From: Bdellovibrionales bacterium
GTDB lineage: Bacteria > Bdellovibrionota > Bdellovibrionia > Bdellovibrionales > UBA1609
Direction: 5' to 3'
Assembly (NCBI GenBank): GCA_965261545.1
Contig: CBDHDF010000004.1
Span: forward strand, 32,001 to 96,000
Length of the DNA: 64,000 nucleotides
Shown here one piece after another: positions 12,924 through 23,828 of this stretch (within the stretch, counting starts at the first letter, position 1; each line of letters begins with the position of its first letter). The notes below the pieces were generated by a model that did no database searches, was not told where the DNA came from, and saw only the letters and a program-made list of their open reading frames with translations. Both the position numbers and the translations under genes were made by a program.

Positions 12924-13913
12924 ATGGGTGAAAAAGCAGAGTCAACGAAACATACAGAAAATGTCATTATTATTGGATCTGGTCCTGCGGGGCTCACTGC
13001 CGCTATTTATTCTGCAAGGGCTAATCTCAACCCTCTTATGATTGAAGGAGAGGAGGTTGGTGGCCAGTTGATGACTACAACAGATGTGGAAAACTATCCT
13101 GGATTTCCCGATGGAATCATGGGGCCTAAACTCATGGATATCACCCGAAAACAGGCCGAGCGTTTTGGAACTCGTTTTATCTCACGAAATGTCAATCGTG
13201 TGGATTTTTCCTCTCGCCCCTTCAATATATGGGTGGAAGACAAGATTTACACATCCAAGTCTGTGATTATTGCCACAGGGGCAAGTGCTAAATACCTTGG
13301 CCTTGAAAGTGAGAAGAAATTTCTTGGACGTGGTCTTTCTGCTTGTGCCACTTGTGATGGTGCTTTCTTCAGAGATGTGGAAGTTGCTGTCATCGGTGGT
13401 GGGGACACTGCCATGGAGGAGTCTCTCTTTCTCACCCGTTTTGCCAAGAAGGTTTATGTTATTCATCGTCGCGATCAGTTTAGAGCCTCTAAGATTATGG
13501 CAAGTAAGGTTCGAGAGCATAAGAAAATTGAGATTCTTTGGAACACAGAACTTAAAGAGGTTCTTGGTGATAAAGAAGTGACAGGGGTTCAACTTTACAA
13601 CAATCAAACCCATGAGGAGATACAAATGTCTTTGCAGGGTGTGTTTATAGCCATTGGGCATAAGCCCAATACAGACCTCTTTAAGGGGCTGTTAGAAATG
13701 AATGATCTAGGTTACCTTGTCACTCAAACAAGTACCACTTACACTTCTATAAATGGGGTTTTTGCTGCTGGAGATGTTCAAGACCATGTTTATCGTCAGG
13801 CTGTGACGGCTGCTGGCACAGGGTGTATGTCTGCCATAGATGCAGAACGCTGGTTAGAGTCCCACGGAGATGAATTGTCATCCGAAGAGGTAACCCATGA
13901 TTCAAGGAGGTAA
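12924..13913 (+). CDS. trxB: Thioredoxin-disulfide reductase
   Basis: IIGSGPAGLTAAIY, CATCDG redox motif, GGGDTAMEE, FAAGDV...QAVTAAGTGC. Confidence 0.97.
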   Translation: MGEKAESTKHTENVIIIGSGPAGLTAAIYSARANLNPLMIEGEEVGGQLMTTTDVENYPGFPDGIMGPKLMDITRKQAERFGTRFISRNVNRVDFSSRPFNIWVEDKIYTSKSVIIATGASAKYLGLESEKKFLGRGLSACATCDGAFFRDVEVAVIGGGDTAMEESLFLTRFAKKVYVIHRRDQFRASKIMASKVREHKKIEILWNTELKEVLGDKEVTGVQLYNNQTHEEIQMSLQGVFIAIGHKPNTDLFKGLLEMNDLGYLVTQTSTTYTSINGVFAAGDVQDHVYRQAVTAAGTGCMSAIDAERWLESHGDELSSEEVTHDSRR

Positions 13914-13919
13914 ATCATC

Positions 13920-14849
13920 ATGATTCAAGAAAGAAGTCGTACTCTATTGTATCCTAAATTGTATCCTAAATTAAAAGTTTTTATTTTTCTTCTTTTATGC
14001 CCCTTCTTATTTCTTTCACTTCACTTATTCCCTTTTTCTTTAAATTTTGCGTTTTCTCAAGACTTATATCCTGAGCCTATGAATCTTGAAAAGGATCTCC
14101 AGTCTGATCTTTACGAACTTCCAGAAGCTGGTGATCTAAAAATAGGTTCTGATCCCTTGGGTCTTGGTCTTGAAGGGGATGATCTTCATCAGGCTCCTCT
14201 TTCTAAGCCTCGCATCAGTGACTCAGACTCTGAGAAATCGTCGTTTTCACTTATGGATTCCTATAGGGGTTTTACCGTGTCTCTCATCTCGACTCTCGAC
14301 GAAGTGATTCCCGATATGGGTGACTATATTCCTGCTGAAAAAAATGTATCCTTTGGCAATTCTGAATATGAAAGATATTTCACCCTATCTCTTGGTTATG
14401 ACTGGTACTACAAGAAAGGTTCTACTTTTTTTGGTATTCATGGTTTTACAAGTACAAAGGGGAAGAATGACAACCTCACCATAAGGCCCATGGGTTTGTC
14501 GGGGCGAGCGGGTTTATTTTATAAAACTCCAAATGATTATCTTCTTAAGCTCTTTGGAGGTATTGGTATAGGAAATATCTTTTACGAAGAACCTTCCTAT
14601 AGTTATGAATTTGGCGATAGTGTTTTTTCTGGAGGTAAAGTGACCAGTTATGTGGGGCCTTTTTATTACCTTGGTTTTGAATTTAAGATTCATGAACACT
14701 TTGGTGTGAATTGGATGTATCAAAGGATGACAGGGCGTCTTCGAACTGAAGTCTCTCAGTATGATAACAACGTTTTTGTGGGCCTCACTCGAAATGATTA
14801 TGATATTGAAACTCAACAACATTTGTTTGGAGTGAATTTTTACTTTTAA
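13920..14849 (+). CDS. Putative outer-membrane beta-barrel protein
   Basis: N-terminal signal-like hydrophobic segment; alternating aromatic beta-strands; C-terminal FGVNFYF beta-signal. Confidence 0.6.
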   Translation: MIQERSRTLLYPKLYPKLKVFIFLLLCPFLFLSLHLFPFSLNFAFSQDLYPEPMNLEKDLQSDLYELPEAGDLKIGSDPLGLGLEGDDLHQAPLSKPRISDSDSEKSSFSLMDSYRGFTVSLISTLDEVIPDMGDYIPAEKNVSFGNSEYERYFTLSLGYDWYYKKGSTFFGIHGFTSTKGKNDNLTIRPMGLSGRAGLFYKTPNDYLLKLFGGIGIGNIFYEEPSYSYEFGDSVFSGGKVTSYVGPFYYLGFEFKIHEHFGVNWMYQRMTGRLRTEVSQYDNNVFVGLTRNDYDIETQQHLFGVNFYF

Positions 14850-14850
14850 T

Positions 14851-17781
14851 TTAAAAAATATGCTTGTATTGAACCCATCCCATACGTCCATTTCCATCAT
14901 AAAGAGAGTGGGCAATCTCTGGAGCTACGGGATTGCTGTCATCTATGGTGGGAGTTGTTCCTAGTATATTGCGCACTCCAAGAGAAATCACTCCTCCCCA
15001 AGAACCATTGTAACTGTACTGGAGATCAAGTTCTGTATAATTCTTAATATTCCCCATGAGAGCGTAGGATTTTTTATGGGAGGCAATGGTTCTTGCGACA
15101 ATGGACCCCGATTGTCGGTAGGTGGGGGCATAGGTTAAAGAGATAGTATTTCGCCAAGGGGGATGTTTAGCTGTTCTCAATTTATCTTTTGTTGTGAAGC
15201 CAGGCAATCCTGTGGTTTTCATATACAAAATATGGGAGTGTTGTATGCTTAGAAGCCAGCGTCCAAGACCTGTGTATGTTGAGAACTCAGTGGTGAAATC
15301 AATGCCACTGGCTGTTGACTCGGCAAGATTTTGAACAGGAGATTTTATAAGTTGAATGGTTCCGCTGGCTTCATCGCGAGTAATATCGATTCCAAAATTT
15401 TCTCGGAGGTGAGGGCGTCCGAGTTGAGATTCGGCGGCGGTGATGGTTTCGTAGTCAATGTCCACTTGATTTTTGAGTTCCATATACCAACCATCAAGAC
15501 TGAGAGACATATTGCTGAGGGGCTGAATGGTCGTCCCTAGATATGCTGAAAAAGATTTTTCGGCTTTGAGGTTAGGGTTACCTTGACTTTCAACAAGCCA
15601 CTGCTGAGGGCGACAGGCCACTCCACCTTCTTGTTGGCAAAGAACTTGGTCGATGAAAAAGGGCTGGCTTTGGGAACTTGTTCTATAGAGGTCGTTCATA
15701 TTGGGAGCTTTGAATCCCTTTTCCAGGGATGAGCGAAGGAGTACATAGGGGCTTAATTTCCAGTAAAGGGATGTTTTGGGGCTAAAAGCTTGGCCAAAAT
15801 CTGAGTAAGAGTCTTGCCGTCCGGCAAGGCTCCACTCTATATGAGAAGTGATGGGGGTGACGAGTTCTACATAAGCGGAGACCACATCTCTTTTTCCGGT
15901 CAGTTTATGTTCGGTTCTTCCAATGACTTCTCCTCTTTTGGAGGCTTCATCGGCATCGATATGAAAGACTTCGTTGTGGGCTTGGGTGCCAATGGCGAGT
16001 TCCACAGAGCCTGGTTTCATTTCAAAAATTTTACCTGTGGCAAGAATTTCTGTGGAAGTAAGGCTGGATTTTGAGGTGGACCAAGTTGGGTAGTTTAAAT
16101 TTTTGAGGTTCCCCCGTTGTCCCTTGGGGGCGAGGGGGTTAAAGCCATTTTTGAGTAACTCTTTAAGGTCATTGGAACGGGTGTACCCACTTATTCCCAC
16201 ATCCCTTCTTAAGCTTTGACTGTAGCTTGCAGAAATTTCAAATTCCCAATTGTCACCCATATCAAAAGTTGCACCGGTAAGGGCATTGTAGTGTTGAGTG
16301 TCTACTTCTGAAGTGCGAAGACCTAGCTCCATAAGACGATAGTGAATATCGACAAAGTCTGTGTCTTTCAATCGATCAAAAGCCTTGTTCAAACTTTGGG
16401 CTTTTCTCAAATAAACCTTAGCTTGTATTCCTGGAATGGTGAGGCCCTCTTCAGAATCTGCGGGGGAGGGAGATGATACCCACTTTGTATGGCGTTGGCT
16501 TCCATTGAGGCGAATAAAAGTGTTAAACTCTTGATTGGCTTGGAAATTAGCACTAAGTGTAGCACTGTTTTGTGAAATTTTTGGGCGCATATTCATATCG
16601 TCGGCTTTGTTGTACTGGCAGATTGTGTCGCCATTGGATGATTTGAACACTCTTTCAATAGGGCAATCGGGAGTGGTTTGCAAGCGAGAGCGAACTGCCA
16701 AGGAACCATTGGTGTTTCGATAGGGTTGCTTTTTGGAATTTAAGATTCGGAAGGAGGGAGAGGAGCCTATTGAGCTTAAATTTACCTTTGCGTGATTCCT
16801 GTGTCTTGCATAAATAGCCTGGTTGGTTCTATGGTGAATCAACCCCGTGATACTTAGTTTTGAGTTGGAATATCCCGAGGTGATACTCGCTTCAGTTTGA
16901 TTACCTCCAGTCTCTTCACTGATAAGTTGTTTGAAAGAGACTTCGCTGCCGTTCACATTTGTGCGTGTGATAATATTGACCACTCCCCCTAGTGCATCGG
17001 AGCCATAAATGGCAGAAGCACTGTCTTTGAGAATTTCTATGCGCTCCACAAATTCAAGAGGAATGAGATGGAGATCCGTGGACTGTGTTAAGGCATCTTT
17101 TTGAATTCTTTTGCCATTCATGAGAACAAGAGTTCGGTGGGCTCCCAATCCTCTTAGATTCACATGGGAGGCACCAGGGGTTTTTGTCCCCGAGGTTTCT
17201 CGCATGGACCCAAAGGAGCTAAAAGTCATGTCACGGAGGACATCGGCGATGGAGTTGTAGCCGGTTTTCTCCATGGATGGACGGTCTATGGTAATGATAG
17301 GAGGTGAGATATTGTTTCTCATGCGTTTGATGTGCGAACCTGTGACTGGCATTTCTGTCATGGACTCTCCAAGGCTTGCTTGAGTTTTTTCGATGGCACG
17401 ATTTATATCATCCTTAATATCTTTAGAGCTTTTTGTCTCTTCTGTGGTTTCTGTATTGTCAATTTCAACAATGGTTGAGGTATTTTCACCTTCTTCTTGT
17501 GGGAATTTTTTGGGGATAATTCTAAGTGTAGGATCTGTAAGAAGATCATCATCTTCGGCAATGATGGTATCGAGGTCTATTTCCTCCTCACTGTCCCTCT
17601 GAGTTTCATGGAGAGTATTCATTTTCTCTGTGCCTTTTGGGGTGGAAAGGGCTTCGTGTGTTGAAGCCCCCCAAAGGACGATGAATAGCAGAGTTCTCAG
17701 AATTATTATTTTCGAGGTTATTACTTTATAGATATATAATGTCTTATGTAATGTTTTATGGATATGTGGTTTGCTTTTCAT
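14851..17781 (-). CDS. TonB-dependent outer-membrane receptor
   Basis: VTGSHIKR, plug motifs NLRGLGAHRTLVLMNGKR and ERIEILKDSASAIYGSDALGGVVNIITR, GNPNLKAEKS, C-terminal Phe. Confidence 0.92.
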   Translation of the reverse strand: MKSKPHIHKTLHKTLYIYKVITSKIIILRTLLFIVLWGASTHEALSTPKGTEKMNTLHETQRDSEEEIDLDTIIAEDDDLLTDPTLRIIPKKFPQEEGENTSTIVEIDNTETTEETKSSKDIKDDINRAIEKTQASLGESMTEMPVTGSHIKRMRNNISPPIITIDRPSMEKTGYNSIADVLRDMTFSSFGSMRETSGTKTPGASHVNLRGLGAHRTLVLMNGKRIQKDALTQSTDLHLIPLEFVERIEILKDSASAIYGSDALGGVVNIITRTNVNGSEVSFKQLISEETGGNQTEASITSGYSNSKLSITGLIHHRTNQAIYARHRNHAKVNLSSIGSSPSFRILNSKKQPYRNTNGSLAVRSRLQTTPDCPIERVFKSSNGDTICQYNKADDMNMRPKISQNSATLSANFQANQEFNTFIRLNGSQRHTKWVSSPSPADSEEGLTIPGIQAKVYLRKAQSLNKAFDRLKDTDFVDIHYRLMELGLRTSEVDTQHYNALTGATFDMGDNWEFEISASYSQSLRRDVGISGYTRSNDLKELLKNGFNPLAPKGQRGNLKNLNYPTWSTSKSSLTSTEILATGKIFEMKPGSVELAIGTQAHNEVFHIDADEASKRGEVIGRTEHKLTGKRDVVSAYVELVTPITSHIEWSLAGRQDSYSDFGQAFSPKTSLYWKLSPYVLLRSSLEKGFKAPNMNDLYRTSSQSQPFFIDQVLCQQEGGVACRPQQWLVESQGNPNLKAEKSFSAYLGTTIQPLSNMSLSLDGWYMELKNQVDIDYETITAAESQLGRPHLRENFGIDITRDEASGTIQLIKSPVQNLAESTASGIDFTTEFSTYTGLGRWLLSIQHSHILYMKTTGLPGFTTKDKLRTAKHPPWRNTISLTYAPTYRQSGSIVARTIASHKKSYALMGNIKNYTELDLQYSYNGSWGGVISLGVRNILGTTPTIDDSNPVAPEIAHSLYDGNGRMGWVQYKHIF

Positions 17782-18997
17782 TGTCTTATCTCCTGCCAGA
17801 CTTTTTGCTGGGTCTAATGAGGTGATATTTAGTCCATCTTTGGTCTATTTTTGCGAGTAAGGGTCACTTGGAGCTTGGTGAGTTCGCAATTTTTTCTTTG
17901 TTCTGTTCTTCTTTCAGTGGTCATATTACCCTCACGGCAGGCGAGAAGCTTCTCATAAGTAAAGTGAATCATAGAAATAAGCTACAGGCAAAGTTAATTC
18001 GCAGGGTCGAGTTGAATAGGAGGAAAATAGACTCTCTCGCAAAGTCTAGGAATTCAAGTTTGTACTATTTTGTGTCGACAATGACTCAGTGACATAAGTA
18101 AAGTCAAGTAGGTAGGCTTGAGTCCAGAAATTCCCGCCGAGCTTGAAAAAACATTGAAATTCCTCCAAATCTCAGTGTGAGAATTGCACTGCATCGAATA
18201 AGGTAAACCTCCCCGTCTTCGCCATTTAGAGGCGAATGTCCAGACTTTAGTTTAGGGCAAATACGTTAAACTCTTTGGGGCACTTTGAGAAAAATGGCTG
18301 CTCATGATGTGTCGAAAACATCTGAGGCAGCAATAGGCTTAATCCCATAAGCCATTATGGCGAGGAGTTCCTGCCAATTTTTAAAGTATAGGGTATGGAA
18401 ATACCCCCTCATATGATCCCATAGATAAGATGTTAGCTGACAATTAAAATGCCCCACCGTCGCCAATGAAAAGTGGCCACTTTTCAGAGGAGGACCTATG
18501 GTGATTTTTGGCATTGTCAACCGAGACGCATATAATCAATTGATATTACTCATAAAAAGGCTCCGAGCTGATAAGAACTCCTTTTGGGTTCTTGTCGACC
18601 TGGAAAGGGGCTCCGTGTTGGAGAGTCCTTCCATGACAGCCTATTCAGGTTCCATATTTCTCATTTGTAGACTGTTTCTGGATTTCAATGAGGTTAAATA
18701 TATAGTCAAGAAAAGCCTGTTTAGGCTGTGCCCATTTTCTAAAGTATTTAAATTCCACAAGATTCCAACATTTGCCTCAATTTTCATGGAATTTCTTTTT
18801 GAAGACAGGCTTCCCTTAAAGCCGTCGCCAATTAAAATGTCCCACTTTCAATATGGAGGTTGTCGCCAATGAAAAGTGACCAATCTTCAGGGAGTGTTCA
18901 AATACTAGACAATGAAGTCTCTTCTTCTGATATAGATACTAAGCTCACAGAGTCCCTCCCTTTTGCAACTCAAAAGGTTAGCAATGAGGAGGATCTT

Positions 18998-20464
18998 ATG
19001 ATTAGTCAATACACTTTCGGCCGCATTCGTGACCTGAGTCACAGTGGTAAAAATAAGACAGAAATATCTCGTGAATTAGGGATCAATCGTAAGACGGTGC
19101 GCAAGTACTGTAAGTCCAACACCCCACCGAAGTACAAGGCGAGGTCCAAAAGAACTCGCCCAGATCCCCTTAATGGATATATGGATCGGGTGAAGTACTT
19201 TTTGAAGTTGAACCCAAGTAACACCGCCCGTGAAATATATGAGCTATTAGTTGAGGAGGGTTATCGTGGGAGTGAGAGAACGGTTCAGAGAAGAGTTTGT
19301 GAGATTCTTGGTTCTCGCCCCAAGGAGCGTTTTTTCAGCCAAAGATATGATCCTGGAGAACAGGCTCAGTTTGATTTTAAGGAGAAGGTTGCTTTACCAT
19401 TTGCCGATGGTGTTCAGATCGTTCATCTCCATTTTGGAACATTGCCTTGTAGTGGCACCTGTTGGGTTCGTGCCTACCCCTTTCTTGTCTATGAGTGTTT
19501 CATCGATGGGGTGCATGCTTTTTTTGAAAAGATAGGTGGGATGAGTGCGAACATCCGTATTGATAATTTATCTCCCTGTGTGAAGAAAGTTCTTAAAGGA
19601 AATCAGCGAATTTACACCCAATCTTTTGATCGAGCCATCCAATACTATGGATTTAAGGTTCTTCCCTGCCGCGCAGGGAAGGGCTCTGACAAGGGAGATG
19701 TGGAGCGTGATATTCGAACCTTCAGTTCTCGGATAAAAAATATTGTTAGAAACAAAGGAATTGTTTTTAAAGACTGGGATCATTTGAATCAGTTTTTAGA
19801 GTCTTATATGGATCAGCATCAGAGTGACTCCACCAAATCTCGCTTTGAGGAGGAGGCCAAAGTTCTTAAGCCTTTGCCTCCACGAGATGAAGATATTCTC
19901 TGTAAGGTGAATATTTGTCAAAGTAATGGTTATGGGACTTTGAGAATAGGTAAAACCACATATTCCATACCTGATGAGGTGATCCAATCTCCCTGTAAAA
20001 CCGTACAGGGTCCCTATCATGTCACGATCTATCGTGCAGGAGGGAAGCAAGAAATTGTCGCTCGCCATCAAAGAAAACCTGATGGGGAGCATAGTCTTCT
20101 TCTTGAACATATCCTTCCTTCTTTAGTTCGTAAGCCGCAAGCCATGGTAAGATGGGCTCACCGATCCATTCTTTTTCCAACAAATGTGTTTGAAAATTTT
20201 TATCAATACCTCAAGCAACAAGATTCAAGCCGTGCCGAGCATGAATATTTAAGAGTTATCAACTTGATTCAGCATGTGAGTTGGCAGGACTTATCTACAG
20301 CCATGGAGCTTCAATTAGAAAGTCGTGAGATTTTCGACTTTAAATCCATAAAAGATTTGCTCTTAGGAAATCCCACCAAAATTAATTTGAATGACCAACA
20401 AAAACCACTTCAACCTAGATTGTCTCAATATGACAGTCTTGTTCCAAACATAGGAGGTTCTTAA
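18998..20464 (+). CDS. istA: IS21 transposase IstA
   Basis: N-terminal HTH (EISRELGINRKTVRKY), PGEQAQFDF, IDN, KGDVER; GAGGAGG RBS before ATG 18998. Confidence 0.93.
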   Translation: MISQYTFGRIRDLSHSGKNKTEISRELGINRKTVRKYCKSNTPPKYKARSKRTRPDPLNGYMDRVKYFLKLNPSNTAREIYELLVEEGYRGSERTVQRRVCEILGSRPKERFFSQRYDPGEQAQFDFKEKVALPFADGVQIVHLHFGTLPCSGTCWVRAYPFLVYECFIDGVHAFFEKIGGMSANIRIDNLSPCVKKVLKGNQRIYTQSFDRAIQYYGFKVLPCRAGKGSDKGDVERDIRTFSSRIKNIVRNKGIVFKDWDHLNQFLESYMDQHQSDSTKSRFEEEAKVLKPLPPRDEDILCKVNICQSNGYGTLRIGKTTYSIPDEVIQSPCKTVQGPYHVTIYRAGGKQEIVARHQRKPDGEHSLLLEHILPSLVRKPQAMVRWAHRSILFPTNVFENFYQYLKQQDSSRAEHEYLRVINLIQHVSWQDLSTAMELQLESREIFDFKSIKDLLLGNPTKINLNDQQKPLQPRLSQYDSLVPNIGGS

Positions 20465-21246
20465 TGAATCACGAAGAACTTATAGGTTCTCTTAAAAAAC
20501 TCCGACTTCCAGCGATGGCGGATGAATATGTTGCAACGGCTAGAGTTGCCGAAAAAACAAAAAAGACGTATGAACAGTATTTAGGTATACTCGTTCAAAA
20601 TGAGCTTGCTGACAAGCATTCCCAGAGAGTGAAAAGATTGCTTAAGGGGGCCAAGCTTCCTCAACTTAAATCACTCCAAACTTATAACTTCCAGAAAAGA
20701 ACGGGAGTGACAGCTCAGCAAATTAATTGGATGGCAGAGGGAGAGTGGGTCAGAAAAGCCTGTAATGTTGTGTTTTACGGAAGCTTTGGAATGGGGAAAA
20801 GTCATTTGGCCATGTCCCTAGTTCGTTCACTCTGTGAACAAGGCTATCGATGTTTATGGGTCACCACTCATGAACTTATTGAAACAATGCGTGAAAGCAA
20901 GAAAGAACTCTCATTGAATGCTCTTTTTAAGAAATTAGACCGTTTTGATCTTATTGCTTGTGATGAACTTGGCTATACAGCTTCCTGCACAGAGGGGGCA
21001 GATCTTTTCTTTCAATTCATATCTCAGCGATATGAAAGGAAAAGTCTCATGATCACTACAAACTTAACATACTCTGAATGGGATAAGGTGTTTCTTAACC
21101 CTATTACCACCGCTGCTGCTGTTGATCGAATCATTCACAACTGTGAAACCCTCAACATTGAAGGAAAAGAAAGTTGGAGAACCGAATCGGCAAAAGCCAA
21201 GTCTAAACAGAGCAAAGAGGAAAGTTCAACCAAAGAAGTTCATTAG
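20464..21246 (+). CDS. istB: IS21 AAA+ helper ATPase IstB
   Basis: GSFGMGKSHLA Walker A, CDELGY Walker B, ITTNL, AAVDRIIH; coupled to istA by a TAATG overlap. Confidence 0.95.
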   Translation: MNHEELIGSLKKLRLPAMADEYVATARVAEKTKKTYEQYLGILVQNELADKHSQRVKRLLKGAKLPQLKSLQTYNFQKRTGVTAQQINWMAEGEWVRKACNVVFYGSFGMGKSHLAMSLVRSLCEQGYRCLWVTTHELIETMRESKKELSLNALFKKLDRFDLIACDELGYTASCTEGADLFFQFISQRYERKSLMITTNLTYSEWDKVFLNPITTAAAVDRIIHNCETLNIEGKESWRTESAKAKSKQSKEESSTKEVH

Positions 21247-23828
21247 AGATCCCCACTTTTGGGGAAGGAACTCGCCAGTTATCCACAAAATTTATCCACA
21301 GCAGCACTGCGTTGCTAGACATCGGGGTCACAGCCGCAGTGTCGCCATGGATAAATTTATGGATAACTGGCTTTTACCGTACTATTTGCTCGTCACTCTC
21401 GCGGAGCTTTAGACATTAGCTGCGCCAAGGAATCCTGAAAAATACTCCATTTACCTCTGCCATAGGGCTGAAGGATGCATTTGGGGTCATGCCAAAAGTG
21501 GTGGGCAGAAAATCATTCCTCAGAATCTTGTGGCATAGTCCGAGTTAAATGATGAGCAAAATAAAGACACTTGACTAAACTCTGAACGAAGAATAACTAA
21601 ATCAGTACATCATCAACTGGCCGTTTTTCATTGGCGACGGCTTCTAAAAATGGCCAATTTTAATTGGCGCCTAACATAAGATAGTCTCCTCTCTTTTTCT
21701 ACCGCCTTTTGAAACAATTTACAGGCCAAATGTTGAAGTTGGTCCACTAAAAATACCAGCATCATAATCACGGCTAAATTGTTACACAAATTTTGCTTGC
21801 CGTGGCCAAAATTGTGCTCAAAGTTGTAACCCAAATTCTTTAACGTATTAAATGTTTCATTTTCTATCTTCCAGCGTGCTCTTCCCCCCCTCATTATTTG
21901 CATTATGTTGTCTTCGTTGATCTCAATGTCAGTCACCCAGCTAAAGTGCTGAACCTTACCGTTTGCTTTCGTTTCTTTGTATTCAATAAAATTCACTCGA
22001 CAATCAGGATTTGAATCATTGAGTGAAACATCATTTATGAATCGAAATTCATGTGTCACTCCATTCTCTACCACGGTGAAGTGAGAAACTGTTCCTAAGC
22101 TATCTGCTCCATTTACAAACTCAAATAAAACTTTGTGGTCCCCCATCTTACAGCCTAAAATATAACTTAATTTTAATTCGTTAAGAAGAGTGATGTGAGG
22201 AGCATTGGAAGCCAATCCATCCTCAATAACAATCACTGGAAGGTGAGGGTGTTCCCTGCGAAAATCTTCAAGGAGTCGTTTGGCTGCATTACGCTCACAA
22301 TCATTTTTGCTCGATCCATCTGTGTTTGAAATGGGCTCTGGAGCAATAGGTATAACCTGTTTCTTATCGGGGTGAACAATCACTCCTGCTAACATTTGAT
22401 GATAGTAGGTCTTCGTCTCATCACGATGATTCTTTATACAACAATTCTCACAATGAATAGTCGAGGAGCTAAAGGCACCTGTTCCATCAATGCTGAGAAG
22501 ATATTTTCCACCCAAATATGGGTAACCCTCCAAAACCTTCCCTCTTTGAGCTACGGTAAACAAAGATTTAAAAAAATTTTGAAACTCACGGGTTGGAACA
22601 GGATCTAAAATCTCTCGCATAGCCGTATCACTAGGAATTTGGCCTATTTGAAACAAATGGTGTAGGTTGTTTTTTGCCACTGGGTCATGGACACGATCAC
22701 AAAACTGAAGCATGGATGGATCTTTCAAGGCAAACATTGCCACAGATGACATAATGGCATCGCTCAGAGGAATCCTATGGGGACGCTGCGATCTTATATC
22801 TGGAACTGCAAGAGATTTACTGTGTAGCAGGGAATACATTCCTGAAGCGGATAGACCTTTTCTAAAATGTTGATGCGACATGACGAACCCTCCTTGGTCT
22901 GATGTGCAACAACAAATATTCAAACAGATACTTAGGCAAAAGTCTACGAACTCTTTTTGAGGCGAATCTTTTGGAAGCCACTACTGTGGCCTAAACTATT
23001 TTTCGACGGGAATTGCTGGCTTGAGTCAATGAGACTAAGGTTGATTCAGATAGTGGGTGAGTTTATGGCTTCAAGTCAATGGCTAAAGAGGGCAAGAGTT
23101 AAGTAAAGTGCCGCCAAAGCAAAAAATGAAAGGAGATCAAAAAATGAAAGGAATGAAACCCATGAGGTCCATGAGACCTTTATTGCTTTTGTGGTTATTG
23201 TCACTGTTGATGGTTCTGCCTTCATGTGCCTTTTTGAGCAAAGAGAGTCGAATGAACAAAGAGGGCAAAGTGAGCCGAGAGAGTCAAGACAAAGGTCTGA
23301 ATCAGAATCAGAATCATACAAATCCATCAGGGGACTCTGCACCTCTATCTACATTACATCATCTACACCAGAAGACCGTACCGCTTCCTACAAGGCTGTG
23401 GTTCGTTCGTAAGCATGAAGAAAAGATGAGGCGAATCACCCTAAAATCAGGAGGCCGACTCCAGTTACCCCATGGATCTGGCTTCCAAGGTCATTATAGT
23501 TCCCATGGCGGCCATGGTTCCCACAGTGGACCTCGTGGATCTCGTTCTCATGGTACGAAAAGAGGTGATAATGATAAGGGTGACAAAAGAAGGCCCTCTT
23601 CTGTGAATCTTGTAGGCCCCGATGGTGATGTGATTTTATTTTATAAAGAAAAAAGCCAACAAGGTGAAGATAAGATTGTGATCCAAGAGTGTGAAGTGGG
23701 TTCTGTTATAGATGAGGTGAGTGATTGCCAGCGGCCCCATGGTGCACTTATAAGAATAATCCCTGTGAGTGACTTTAAGCGTCGCCTTCAATCCGTGCTA
23801 AGAGTTGATGAGCTTCCTACCCTAGGCC

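Larger units (their letters stand above)
18431..21676 (+). mobile_element. IS21-family element, copy 1 (3246 bp)
   Basis: TGTTAG...CTAACA ends with repeated gtcgccaatgaaaa motifs; 5-bp TSD taaga (18426-18430, 21677-21681); istA-istB pair. Confidence 0.95.
18302..22881 (-). pseudogene. DDE transposase (ISNCY-like) split by IS21; reconstructs to 442 aa
   Basis: LSIDGTG, KNDCERNAAKR, GRARWKIENETFNTLK. Removing IS21 plus one taaga copy joins ...ERRLSY to LWDHMRG...FDTS* in frame. Confidence 0.88.
18125..23018 (-). mobile_element. ISNCY-like insertion sequence, interrupted by IS21 copy 1
   Basis: Imperfect terminal IRs cagaaattcccgccga / tcgacgggaattgctg; flanking direct repeat gcttgagtc at 18116-18124 and 23019-23027. 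Confidence 0.85.

Noticed and set aside
17782..18115. Cobalamin riboswitch upstream of the TonB-dependent receptor
   Set aside because: Only faint partial resemblance on the minus strand; the conserved core and B12-box motifs were not found. An Rfam cmscan would settle it.
18498..18872. 124-aa ORF (and its copy at 44391-44765) as an IS21 passenger gene
   Set aside because: No recognisable motifs and it runs through the internal end-repeats; cannot be supported, though a GAGGAGG upstream means it is not excluded.
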